DNA of 61,095 bases, counting the filler, from Bipalium vagum (lineage: Eukaryota), in assembly GCA_037834085.1 (NCBI GenBank). It is 3 parts of 3 records of this genome, joined end to end, with 100 filler letters (N's around TTAATTAATTAA, not from the genome) between each part and the next. Parts side by side here need not be neighbours in the genome. Positions count along the whole stretch, not along the records: positions 1 to 24,478 come from JBBMKC010200719.1; positions 24,579 to 42,171 come from JBBMKC010060256.1; 1 more part is not named here. The stretch is one strand, 5' to 3'. Positions 15,374 to 28,029 of this stretch are shown in pieces. Numbering within the stretch: the stretch's first letter is position 1; each line of letters opens with the position of its first letter. The notes beneath the pieces were generated by a model that made no database searches, had not been told where the DNA came from, and worked only from the letters and a program-made list of their open reading frames with translations. The position numbers were made by a program, and so were the translations under genes.

Positions 15374-16363
15374 TTAAATTTGTTTTTTTTTTAATTTTTT
15401 TAACAAAGATAAATTTGTAGTAGTGCGCATAGAGTAAAGTAAGCCCTTTGTAAATAGAAGGCATTGTTTTGTCTTGTTATCATAACAGACATGTAAGATT
15501 TTCATATGATATTTAGGAGTGAGTTCTGTAAATTCCATAGCTTTAATGATCTGTCCATTTAGTTGCTTAGTGTTCTGTGAAATAAAAAATACCATATCAA
15601 TGCTGCTTATAAGCCTGTGTATGGGCTCTTCAATTAGTACCATATTCAGCAAAGTCGGTAAAGTGATATGTTTGATATTTATATGGCTTACGGCTAAGTA
15701 GTATCTTTTATCATCAGTTTGATATTGGAATAGGATGTACATTAGATTTTTATTGGAATTAATTTCAATAGTTTTCATTTCACATTTTTTGGAAATATTC
15801 CACAAACTGTTAGGATATATATCTTTAATTTCCTTTGATTTCATAACAACTATTTTCTGGTCCGACGGTGATTCTTCCCCAAGAATAAAGATGTGTGCTT
15901 TGAATAATGCTATATCTTTTGGAACTGTTTTAAACATACCGTATGTTCTCACTTGGTACATGTCTGGAAAATTCATTTTACAGATCATATTGGAAATTTT
16001 GGTAGACTTAGAATCGACTCCCATTATCACGAGGCTCTTTGAATCGAGAATGATTTTTTGAGGAACAATGATATAATTTTGAAGCTTTAAACTGATCGTT
16101 GAGAACCAGACTAATTTATTATCCTTGTTCAATAAACAATGTCCCATTAATGGGGAATTTTTAAATGCTATTATAACATTTCCATTAAAAGCCGTTACAT
16201 CTTTGATTTCGAAATTCTCAAAATCAGTTGGAAGTATATTGTAAATGGAGTTCTCGAATTTCAATGTCGACTTTAGGGACTCGGTTTCTTTGACGATTGT
16301 GAAGCTGTTTTCTTCAAATTCTGAATTTCGTATAAATTCTGTAATTGACTTCAGTGAACTCAT
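15374..16363 (-). CDS. Intronless 329-aa hypothetical protein, predicted all-beta (possible six-bladed beta-propeller), basic C-terminal tail
   Basis: A 990-nt stop-free frame in very AT-rich DNA is unlikely by chance; aaaaATG start; normal globular composition; no transposase motifs. Confidence 0.8.
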   Translation of the reverse strand: MSSLKSITEFIRNSEFEENSFTIVKETESLKSTLKFENSIYNILPTDFENFEIKDVTAFNGNVIIAFKNSPLMGHCLLNKDNKLVWFSTISLKLQNYIIVPQKIILDSKSLVIMGVDSKSTKISNMICKMNFPDMYQVRTYGMFKTVPKDIALFKAHIFILGEESPSDQKIVVMKSKEIKDIYPNSLWNISKKCEMKTIEINSNKNLMYILFQYQTDDKRYYLAVSHINIKHITLPTLLNMVLIEEPIHRLISSIDMVFFISQNTKQLNGQIIKAMEFTELTPKYHMKILHVCYDNKTKQCLLFTKGLLYSMRTTTNLSLLKKLKKKQI

Positions 16364-16817
16364 TTTTTATGTTATATTAAAATAAAATTCGAAATGCACT
16401 AATGGCTTAAATAAGATCATCTTTTATCATTTCCTTTAAAAATTTTTAAGGAAATCTTTTAATGTATTATAGAATTTTCTGTAAATAGAATTTTTTATAA
16501 TCAATAAACTTTCGAGTATCATATTTTAATGATATATTGGTTATTTTAAAATATTTTTAATATTTATTTAAAATATTGAAATTATAGATATTTTAAATAA
16601 CTAATCAATCAACACTGGAAAAGCCTAAAATAGGCTCATAACATCATTTTAATAAATAAATTAGCATATTCATTATCATATTGAAATATTTTAATTCTAT
16701 TTTACTTTTTCACTTTAAGCAATTTAAGTTTCTGAATTAATAAGCTATGTCCACTTTTCTTAAATAGTATACTAAAAAGCTTGAGATTATTATCTTTAAA
16801 TAAATGACAATTTTGAG

Positions 16818-17150
16818 TTGGAAACTTTTTTTAAACGCTTCTTAGCGACTCTGATTACTTATTTATATGATTATAGTTTTTTTTTTAATTCTGGGGATGT
16901 ATTGGTGATGCACAATTGCAGGTTCCAACACCGCAAAGATATTGTTAAATTGCTGATAGATTTCTACCACCATACTCGCTTCAACAACAAGTCGCAAATA
17001 CCATCCTTCATCAGAACCATTAGAGATCGGGACGATTTATAAGAATTGATTACCAAAGAACTCCTGCATGACGATATCGATTTAAGTGATTATTTACGCA
17101 ACATAAGGCGGTTTATAGAAAAAGCCTTGGCGAGACAAGAATTTACTTTA
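16818..17150 (+). mobile_element. IS630/Tc1-type (DDE_3) transposase C-terminal relic
   Basis: FKRFLATL...DVLVMHNCRFQHRKDIVKLL matches F..FL..L...(V)IVMDN.RFHH...V..L; ends YLRNIRRFIEKALARQEF. Confidence 0.6.
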
Positions 17151-19599
17151 GTATTTAGTGTACATTTTCACTATATATTTCTGAATAATTTTCTATATTT
17201 TCCGCATAACCCTGCAAATAATAAATTAAAAAATAATACAAATTGTTTTACTTAAAAGATTCATTCGATCAATATTTTGATTTTAAATTATCATATTTAA
17301 AATTGTCACTCAAGTAGGCAGCTGAAAAATCATTTTCATACAATGCATTTTATTTTTTAATTGATTTTTGAAGTTTAAATTAAAGTGGAATAATAAGGAG
17401 AAAATCAAAATAGATCTTTGGTCGAATCTATTCTAAGAAAACTTTATTTAACTAACATCATTGTTAAACGGTATATTATCTCCCCGCTCGATAATTTAAA
17501 TATCAATATAGCATCAAAAAGAGAATAAAATTCTTATTACGAAACTGAAATATTTTTCAAATTAACTCAATAAATAAAAATTTATTAAAAAATAAAAAAA
17601 CATGAAAGAATTTCCGTTTTTACATAGTAACCATAGTTACCTAATAAAATAATAAAACTTAAACAATATAAACTATGAAATTTTAAAAATCTACACTTTT
17701 TACACGAAATTTAAAGGTTTTTAAAATCAACCCCTAGCCCTAATTCTAATAATATTTAAGAGAATTTGTTAGCTCTAACTCTAACTCTAGTTAACAAAAT
17801 AATTTTAAATTTATTTTCAGAATTTTTATCCCTAACTCTAATCTGATTGGTTATTGATTATTAATCTTATTTTTTATGGGTACATTGTGGCGAGCCAATC
17901 AAAAAACTGGGAGATATTACGTCATAGCTTTTGTTTCTTTCTGGGGTCTTAAATTTAGTAAATCATGGAAATCCGATTGTTATCTAAGAACTACTAATTT
18001 AATTACGAGTAACATCTTGTAATTTTTTTATCTTCATAGTTCGGAGAATTTAAAGAATCGACTTCTTAGCATTGATAATAATTACTTACTTGAATGTTTT
18101 ATGTTTATCCTAATTATTTATTCAATTATTTGTTTTTATTCGATTCTTTTTACCATATTATATCTATTGGATTATTATTACATGAAGATTTGTGAATACG
18201 TAGCAGTTTCAGTCTTTATTGATAGAATTGATAACTTTACTTTTTTGTGATTTGAACTTGCTGTTGTTTTGTTCTAATCTTGTAATAGAACGAGTAAGGT
18301 TTATTGCGATTATTTTGATTTATTTCAGGCTAATAACATAAGTGAGGAGTCAGTAAACTTTGAGTTAGGGTTATAACATAAGATGTGAGATTACCTCGCT
18401 TTACGAATTTAACAACTAATGTGTTTATGATTAATTACCATTCATGGATTTTTGATATTGAAAACATCAATAAAACAACATAACTATGCTCTGTTTTGGT
18501 TTGATAACAGGATTATTAGTGATTAAGATTTGAAAAGTTAAATTTGAAGCCCAGATGCTAATAATTTTATTCTTCGTAGTCATAATTTTACATATTGATG
18601 TGGATAGAAGCTTATTTTGACTTGTAGATTTAGATTTCTTTATCTGATTTTAATTTCTATATTATGATCAACCGAACTTAACAGAAATACTTCATGTAAC
18701 CAGTTTTCTCTCTGGTGAAACTATTAATGTTGACTGTTGGTTGTTTGGAATTCTGTGATTCAGAAAATGTCTTATGTATTTTTTGTCTTGTATACAAAAA
18801 AAACCTAGTAAAAAAATATTTTCACAGCTACCTATTACATGCCCTCACTTTCCTCAGCTTTTCTTCACTCCCCTATTATTAACTTTTGTAAGATCATTTA
18901 TTTTTTTCTAAGTACATATAAAGACAAACACTGATTTCCCAAGAACCCGATTGGAACCTGTTTCCAAGATTTCAAATTAATCTTTTTATCTTATCCTCAG
19001 GATGGTTCATTCTATGCTTCATTTATTAAACTCGCGTCGCTAGTTTAATGAAAATAAACCACATGAAATATTCTTCTAATACAACAACCCTAGATCCACT
19101 GTATATCGAATGAATTTTAGAATTTTTTGACACTGATTCTCACTTTCATATGTTTTCTGAATTTATATAATGGTTATTAGTTGTAATGAAGAAACAATTC
19201 TTTATAAAAATTTCTTATTGAGTAATGAAATTTTGAATTGATTAATCAATACATTCATATTAGCTTGACAGGAAGTGCTTACTGTTTGTATTGATCCTTT
19301 TATTTGAGTTACTCTTACGATTTTGATTTAGCTTTAACAAGTCAATAAATTTTCTGCTAAATATTTAGAAAAAAGTTTTCATTGAGTTATTGTAAAGCCT
19401 TCCAGCAAAAGATATGTGATCAATCTTAAAACATTTAAATATGGACTCTCAAAATCTGATAGAAAGAAAAAAAATCTGATAAATTAGTACTTGTAATTTA
19501 ATTCGTCCCAAGTTCACCAAAATCCAAATTTGTACAATTGTGCTTTTAATTCATGAAATTTTGATTTTTGAATTTATCTGCATGGATAAGAGACAAATA

Positions 19600-20395
19600 A
19601 AATAATGTGCGATTCTTGCAAGAGCTAGGGATACTTCACAATCCGCGACGTTATAAAAATATCCACATCATGAATCTTTTCTTAACCGATTCTTAAGATC
19701 GATGATACAGTCAGCATTTTCCAGTAACATATGATACATGGCTACAAGAATCGCGCTTATCATTTCGGCAATCCGTATTATTTATCTATTACTGGTTTAA
19801 GGAGTATACTAGTATCAAATTTTGCGAAAACAAAATTGAAATTTGGAAGCTCGTAGTAATTGATTGAAATGTGTATCTAGGTGAAGTGTGTGCCAATATA
19901 TCGTTTAAAATCATATTCCTTTAGGAGTCAATACTGCAATAGAAATTGGTGAAAGCCTTTTAACACGTCGTAAAGATCAGATGGAAAGGAACCATAACAA
20001 CAGTCGGTTTTCGGCGGATAACATGTAAGTGCTTTTTGTTTAATGTACTTGATAGACCCGAACAAAACTAATTCCAATCATTATTTATTCAATAAGGCCT
20101 GGAACTAGAGTAATTTCTGACCAATGACTGTATTGGAACAATTTAAGGTATTAGATTCATTGATAAATCTGTTAATCACTATGTCAATTCTGTTGACGCA
20201 TTAACTGGTGTCAATACTCAGCAAATCGAAAGGACGTGGAAAGGTATATAGGAACAAAATAAAAGACATAATGCAGCGCAACTCAGAATTCTCACATGTG
20301 AAAGTTAAGTGTGGAGGAATAGCGTAAAAATCAGAAATGGAAATTTGTTTGATACAATTTTGAAAGATATAGTGAGATTTTGGCCGCCTGTTTGA
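19600..20395 (+). mobile_element. Decayed Merlin (IS1016/ISXO2-like) DNA transposon
   Basis: Ordered motifs GVNTAIEIGESLLTRRK, KLIPIIIYSIRPGTRVISDQ*, SVNHYVNSVDALTGVNTQQIERTWK and DTILKDIVRFWPP match the Merlin consensus. Confidence 0.88.
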
Positions 20396-21007
20396 AAAAA
20401 TAAAATTAGTCCAGGAAACCAATATTTTTGAGATCATTGTAGTAAACGAAGATCAGGATAACTCGAATGATTTTTTAAAAAAAATATTTCCACAATTGCA
20501 TAATTACGGGGACATTTCAAAAGCCCTAAAAATATTGCAAAATTTAATTCAGATCCATACGAAATGATTTGTGTTTTGTAAGAATAATAATAAAATATTT
20601 TGAAGATTTTAAACATTTACTATAAATCATCTGGTACTGTCATAATATTATAAATTTTTTATTATTGAGTCTTTTGTCACCGAAATGGGCATTAATTTTT
20701 AAAATTTAGTAGACAGTAGAATAATAAATAACAGAAACATGTAAGGTTGACTTGACAAAAAATTATTTTTGCAATTTTTATGTTATAGGGAAAATTTTTG
20801 ATATTCTTTTTTATATTTTGTGATGATATTTTGTTTTTGTAAAGCAAAAGAAAATTAAATGAGAAAAATCTTGATTTTATTATATTTTTAGCAAAATATT
20901 GAGGCATGATACTTTGTGAAGAATATTTCAAAGACAAACGTTATAATTCAACTTCAAATATTACAACTTCTTAACATTAATGTGGTATGAATAAATATAT
21001 AAATACT

Positions 21008-21060
21008 TAATATATATTCTTATATAATATATATTCTTATATAATATATATTCTTATATA
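21008..21060. repeat. 17-bp tandem repeat x3 (TAATATATATTCTTATA)
   Basis: Three perfect copies seen directly. Confidence 0.9.
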
Positions 21061-21801
21061 TATAATCATGAATATGTTATTCATAGATGTACATCACAAA
21101 AATCATGTATTGATTGGTTACATTCATTTCTAATCATGAAAATCTTTGTAAAACAAGTCTACTACAATTTCACATAATAATATTAAATTTATTAAAAAAT
21201 ATATTTTTGATGAAATTTTCACATTTTTCATAGATCTTAGTAATTATGATTATTATCATTATTATTATTATTTTATTTTTATTTATGGTATTCAGAATTT
21301 TAATAAATATAAATATTCGTAATTCTCACTAGCATTTCGAAAAAATTAATCAACACACTTCAGTTTGATCATCTTAAATATTTCACTGAAAAATAACGTT
21401 ATAGATTTATAAATATAATATTAAATTAAGTAAAATAATAATATTTTACATGAAATTATAAATTGGCACATTATTATACGTTATTCTATAAAACCACTGG
21501 ATAATGTCAAAAAATAAAAAGAATAAATCAATGTCGCTTATTCTTAAAATACTTAAATTATAATAATAATAGGAATAAAAGAGATGTAACCTTGTATATT
21601 ATTAATTTTCTTTGCTTTGCTTTGCTTTGCTTAATATAGACCTAATATTTATATAACTTAGAAAAAAACATTCACAATCAACAATATAATTGTAAACATT
21701 GTGATTAGATTAAATAATCTCTTGTTGATAAGCGAACTATACCAAAATGACATTAAAAGATCAGAGAAGTTAGTGCAGTTTTTTTTATTTTTCATAAAAT
21801 T

Positions 21802-22587
21802 ATGCTGACTTTTTTAATTAGTTTTCTTCTCGTGAGTCCTATTTTTTCTATTTCTATTTTGAAGACCCAGGGAACTTTAGATACAGAAAATAATGATGAT
21901 ACTGAGTCTTTAGAAAATTTTATTTATGATGTCGAAGTACTTCCTGAAACCTTTGTTTATCATGCTCATAAGACAAGAGAAAAGCCAGAAACATTTGATT
22001 ACAAAAATGAGCCACTTATTCAAGATCATCTTTATGATGATAATAATAATAAAAATAATAATCATGTAACAGAAAAGTATGAAAACGAATATGAATCACT
22101 ATTAGAACCGACGGAAGCAGAAATTCAGGAAAGACAAGAAGAAATACTCAATGGAGACTACGACTTATCAAGTGATAATTATGACGAGATCTCAATTGAG
22201 ACACATGATTATAAGAAGAAAACTGAAGATGAATATGGAGAAAACAATGACGAATCACAAATAAAGACAGAAGAACATGAATCTTATTTACCATCAGAAA
22301 GTTACAAATATTCTCTGGATCCTCAATATGACAGTTTATCACATCAGCATCCTAATTATGATAATGATCAACAGGATCATCAGACTTCGAACAGTCACCA
22401 TTACTTTGAAAATGAGAGAAAATATGAAAATATGAAAATAAAAGATTCAGATGAATCGATTTATCCTATTAGCAAATTGGAAAAAATTTTTAATTTTCAT
22501 GGAGATTATAAAAGAAAATCTTCAAATCCACTGATTATATTCGGCCCTGTTTCGTTAAGTATCCCAGAAGTTAAATATAAAATATAA
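21802..22587 (+). CDS. Intronless 261-aa secreted acidic low-complexity (D/E/N/Y/H-rich) hypothetical protein
   Basis: N-terminal signal peptide MLTFLISFLLVSPIFS; long open frame; AATAAA at ~22656 downstream of the stop. Confidence 0.8.
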   Translation: MLTFLISFLLVSPIFSISILKTQGTLDTENNDDTESLENFIYDVEVLPETFVYHAHKTREKPETFDYKNEPLIQDHLYDDNNNKNNNHVTEKYENEYESLLEPTEAEIQERQEEILNGDYDLSSDNYDEISIETHDYKKKTEDEYGENNDESQIKTEEHESYLPSESYKYSLDPQYDSLSHQHPNYDNDQQDHQTSNSHHYFENERKYENMKIKDSDESIYPISKLEKIFNFHGDYKRKSSNPLIIFGPVSLSIPEVKYKI

Positions 22588-22949
22588 TTCTCGTCATAAT
22601 TTCTTCACTTGATAGTTGTTGCTGTTGGAGAATTTCATCATACATCTTACTTTCTAATAAAAATTATTTAATTGCAATTTTTACTTAATAAATTGAATGA
22701 AACTTTCAAATATTACTTCCCTACAATGAAAAATAATTTTCAACCATTGACATTGTTATTATTTGTTTTATTTATGATAGCTGTTGGTAAACATAGAATG
22801 CTGTTAAAAAAATAATACTCGACATTTCAATAAGATTACGAGAACTTGGAATTGAAATACACAGCCATAAAATATTTATTATTTTTTTAATAATGATGTA
22901 TAACAAGTAATAATAGTTTCCATTCGTATGTTATTTCATTAGAACCTGA

Positions 22950-23150
22950 AGGTTTGATGATTTTCTCATAATGTTTAATTTTACCATCCGGACATCAAAC
23001 GTTGTCTTTTGGTTCGTTAATTGTTTGTGGCTTGTTTAACATAACCCAACGTAAAAATATAATCTTATTAGGTTGAATAATATTGATGTTTCGTCACCCA
23101 TCCATTTCTCGAAAAATGATTTGAACCTTGTTGAAAATGAATTCAAAGTT
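22950..23150 (-). mobile_element. DD41D-like transposase C-terminal fragment
   Basis: Frameshifted SRNG and KPQTINEPKDNV remnants. Confidence 0.5.
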
Positions 23151-24478
23151 TTTCAAGGAATCAATAAATAATTTTTGACATTTTCAAGAATAAGCGACTG
23201 ATTTGGCCGGATTCCTAAAAAATCATATATAAAAGGAGCTGCTAAACCCAGTAAAGCAGCCAGCTCTGACAGCTTATTGCTAATTAATTACTTGTAACTA
23301 TTTGATGATTAGGTGAATTGCTAATTATTAACGATTATATGTTAGCAAGGGTATTTTCTGCAAAACATTACAAGCATTTTGCTTAAGTTAATTATAATGA
23401 AAACATTTAGAAAATATAAATAAAATAAACAATTAGATTCTTAATTAACTCCCGGAAAATGATTCTATATATATAAATTAAATTAAAATTGGAAATACAC
23501 ATAAAGACATTTAAGATGATATTAATAATAAAAATATTTTTAAAATTTCAAAATAGATACATAGGTATAATTAAATTTTATTTTAAATCTATAAACAATA
23601 AATTTAGTTACCAAATGTTTATTAATTGTAAATTTATTCACCAATTCACTATTAATTCAAATGCAAATGAAAATGAAATATTAAAAAATCAATTTTATTC
23701 ACAATCAGAAAAAATTAAAAGATCAAATAAAAAATACAGATTCAAATTACTTAGAAAAATTAAATATTCATAGAAGAGAATCTGGTTGGAAATTTGAAAA
23801 TCTCATATTAAATTTATTTATATACCAAAGTTTAGTAGGATCCTCATATATTAATTTATCATCTCAGTCACAATAGTAAAGCATGTGCACAAAATAATTT
23901 GTTCGAAAAAGCACTTAAAAGTCATACATTAAATAATATATCAATTGTTTAAATATACCACTAATCAGTGTTGTCTTAAATATAATATAAAATAGTAACA
24001 TTCAAACAGCAAATCAATTTATTTATTCCAATGGCTTTGGAAATAGAATGTTTTATTTCCTGGGAAATATTAATATAAGAAATTTATTTAACTTCGTGAT
24101 CTGTACATTTTTTTAAAAAATAATTATTTTAATTTATAAAAAAAATAAGAATTTTCATATTTAAATATGAAAAATGAAGATTGTCATAAAAGATATTCCT
24201 TTTATTAAACTAATTTTTAAACAACTTTGAAATAACAAGAAATAAATATTTAGAAGAAAATGTGAATGCTCATTTGACTTGTTATTAATTGAATCAAATT
24301 TCAAGAAATTTGATGATGGAGTAAATTTGGAAAATCAAGGATTTTATTGGCATTTTGAACATATTATGAATATAATCTATAGTGTCATGCAATGGTTCTC
24401 TACTTTTTTCTAATATTGTTATGGCCTTCGCTAGGAAATTAAAATTTGCTGTAATATAAGCTAGATGACTTTGGATAT

Positions 24479-24578
24479 NNNNNNNNNNNNNNNNNNNNNN
24501 NNNNNNNNNNNNNNNNNNNNNNTTAATTAATTAANNNNNNNNNNNNNNNNNNNNNNNNNNNNNNNNNNNNNNNNNNNN
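24479..24578. other. Artificial contig-joining spacer (44N-TTAATTAATTAA-44N)
   Basis: Exactly 100 nt; palindromic core gives stops in all six frames. Confidence 0.97.
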
Positions 24579-24599
24579 CTCATCTGAACGTTACACACT

Positions 24600-25190
24600 A
24601 TAAACCCTTCTGATTAAATTTCGAGCTTCGTTAAGTTTTGAAAGAGTAACAACTCTATTAAGTCTCATTAATCAAAAACTTAACTCGACCATTGTGGTGA
24701 TCTTTTTCGATTGTCAAATAAAACACACTTTCCATCACTGGTTACAATTTCAGATAAAAATGAGTCAGCTTGGTTTCAAATAATCAATGAAGAACAAATT
24801 TCGAATTTTCTACTTTCTTTCTAATTATTTTATTGATCTGATATTCATTTCTCGCGTTTTTACCAGGCTCTTGAAGATGCCGGGAAATGATTGACTTGAT
24901 GATACTCAATTTTTCAGCCAGACAACTTTCCATATCCCTTTCAAATGGTCGTTATTTACGATAGTAGCTGGTCGTCCTTTACAAATTGGAATATTCAGGC
25001 AGTCATTTTCTTTCTAGAAAAAAATTAAATTTTTATCCATTCTATAAATTTCCATGCTTTTCTGTAATGAATTCGAAAAATTAATTTTATATTGTACATT
25101 CTTGATTAGTCGCCTTGGTCTTTTACAAATATAACTTATCTTTAATTTCTTATTTTGATACTTCAGAAACAATACAGGGCCAACCTTAAT
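24600..25190 (-). mobile_element. Decayed mariner, N-terminal half
   Basis: KGRPAT, LAEKLSIIKSIISRHLQ and FEICSSL...FLSEIVTSDGKCVLFDNRKRSPQW motifs. Confidence 0.8.
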
Positions 25191-25689
25191 TTAAAAGAAA
25201 ATATATTTGTGAATTTAGCATAAATAATAAACGCTTATTTATATAATTATTAAAATTATAAATTATTAACAGAAAGTAAATTTATATTATGATATAGACA
25301 ATAATGTTCGTATAAAATACTTGAAAGTATTTAAAGAATAAATAAAAATATATTATTTATTATTTCAATGATTTCTACTTTAGGAGAGTAACAAACAATA
25401 ATTAATATTGGTGAACCAAAAATAATTAAATTAAAGAGTGAAAGGAAATATTTATCAAAAGATATGGTTCAACAAGATCAATTATTGTTTTATGAAATGA
25501 GAAAATATAATATTATAAAAATTATAATCTTGGTTAAAACATTAATGTTGATAATATTGTGTTACATAGAAAGTTTTCGTTGATTTCGTGAATAGGCAGC
25601 GTATGACGTTTACAGATATTAATATTTTATTTGTTTAAATATTTCAATTATATAAATTAAAAAACAAAGCATCTCTGCAGGACTTCCTT

Positions 25690-25934
25690 GATGGTATAAA
25701 ATGGTATTCAAAGGAGAATATTGAAAGCCATTTATCTCAGTTTTCCAGGTAAAAATCAGATAAGTTCTACAATGAAGCAATTCTAGCTTTACCAAAGAAA
25801 TGGAAAGACATTGTCGACCAAGATGGTGCATACAATTAAGTCATAAACACAAGTCATAAGTAGTTTAATAAAGTTCTGAAATTTTCTTATGTTTTACATA
25901 TTAAGAAAATCGACAGAAACTTTAGACAACCTAA
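25690..25934 (+). mobile_element. Mariner 3' end with TIR
   Basis: EAILALPKKWKDIVDQDGAY followed by GACAACCTAA|TA terminus. Confidence 0.75.
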
Positions 25935-27799
25935 TATATTGTTGAATGAAGGTTTATGGTCAAGGAATTATTTTATGAACGTTTATAAAACATTATTATT
26001 AATATAAAAAAATAAATCTAAATAAAATATTTATAATGAAATGAATAAAGCATTTGTTTATTTATTATGATTCGAACTATGGAATTTCAAATTTTTTTTG
26101 TAAAGTAATTTTCGTAATATAACCCATTTTTAAAAAATTATATATTTGTAATTTTTTTTTATAAAAATCACCAGAATTCTGAATCATTAAAACAATATTC
26201 CTTACTCTTCCTACATCGGCGGCACCAAATAATTTTAATAAAACAGGCCTTATTCTTCTTTATAAATCCTGAATTTTTTTCATTACCTTATTAAGTGATT
26301 TTTTTAAAAAATTATTATTATCATTAGTATTATTCAGCTGTATTAAAAAATTATTTACCTAATTAAAAATACTCAACAAATATTTTATATATAATGCATT
26401 ATCTATTAGTTTTAATTTGAAATTAATTATTTTTCTTAATTAAATTTAAGTAAAAGTAAAAGTAAAATAAAAAATATCATTTTAAATTATATTCTAATTG
26501 AAACGAAACATAATACGAAAATTAGGGCAAAAGACAATCTAAAAATTAGATAATTATATTTTCCGTTCGTTTCTAAAATTATTTTTCTTCAGTTGCAATC
26601 TGAAAGTTTTTTTGAATTTTTCCTGTTTACATAAATTCCTTTTCTCTATCTTTTAAGCAAATAAATTTTGAGGAACCACGCGCTAATTCATAACTATTCT
26701 ATTTTTTATTTATTTTGTTAAATTTAGTTAATTTTATTTCGAATTATTTAATAATTATTTTATTAAATGAATATAAAAAATAATTTTAAGAAACACATTT
26801 AATAATTATTTAAAATGAAAAATTATGGTATTGCTTTTTTTATGAAGTTCTGAATGTCGTATTTATTATAATTATTATTTATTTTTCCATTTAAAATTGT
26901 CATAAAAAGTACTCAAAATTTCCTTTGAAAAAATTTCTTCATAAAATACAAGAAATAAAATTTGATCGTCTCGTCTTTGTTCAATCTGAAGAAAGGTTTC
27001 CTTAAATCAATAAATAACAATTGATTATCTTTGATTATTTATTTATGAATTAATAATTTATTAGATTGATATTTGACGTCCAAGTATTTCACTAATCATT
27101 TTAAAAGTAAAATATTAAAATTAATAAAATTCAACGTTTAAAAAATTATTCCAAAATTTCATTTGAATAATTTTACTAATTCGGAGTCATAGTTACAAAG
27201 AGAATTTAAACAAATGTCCTTAACTTTATTTTTATTAATATATTAATTTTCAATAAATTGAAAGCTTTAATGTTAATAAATTTATTTTAATTCTTAACTA
27301 AATGTTGTTTGATATTTTTCTTTTTAAAAAAGTTGGCTAAGAATGTCTTATTTATTCTATTTAATTCTGATTAAATCTCAATTACAGAATTTATTACAAA
27401 TCTTTTATAATAATAGAGAAATATACTTTTTAATAAAATATATTAATTATTTTACAAAAATTTTAATATTTTCCGTATTAAAAATCAGAAAAACTTATTT
27501 TCTTTTCAAATAATCATAAAAGTTAGATTTATATTCTTTTTAATATTAACAAAAATTATTACATAAAATCATACATAAATTCAATTAAATTCTGACTCCT
27601 GTGATGATTAGTTAACAAGTTGCTGTTGAAATATGATCGTTTATAAAAAATAATTATAGTTAAAATAAAAATATAATTTTAATTAAATGATTTTCCAGAA
27701 ACTAAGAATCAAATAATTGCTCAAAATATTAACGAATAAGAAATAAGAATAAACATATTATAAGCTGTATTTTATAAGATTTTTATTAAATGGACTAAA

Positions 27800-27896
27800 A
27801 TGGAAAGATTGGTCTGCACATCCATGAGATTGGTGTTTTGTGTCTTTTTATGCAACTTTTGTGGCATGATGGTTTTTAACATTGGAATTATATCAG
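27800..27896 (+). CDS. Probable first (signal peptide) exon of a nicotinic acetylcholine receptor-type subunit
   Basis: aaaATG context; MERLVCTSMRLVFCVFLCNFCGMMVFNIGIIS hydrophobic leader; strong CAG|gtaatt donor in phase 1, matching the phase-1 acceptor at 32602. Confidence 0.7.
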
Positions 27897-28029
27897 GTAA
27901 TTGTTTAGGTGTACTAAATATGACTGAATTACTGATAAATATTGTCTTTTGATTTTTTTTATTTTTACTTATACTTTAATATATTTATTTATTCATAAAT
28001 AATAACCAATATATTGTATGATGATGATA

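Noticed and set aside
15519-16061. Plus-strand ORFs of 60 and 108 aa, and the overlapping 15135..15464 ORF
   Set aside because: Antisense or alternative-frame shadows of the 329-aa gene, with low-complexity composition.
22148-22342. 64-aa minus-strand ORF
   Set aside because: Antisense shadow of the 261-aa secreted protein gene.
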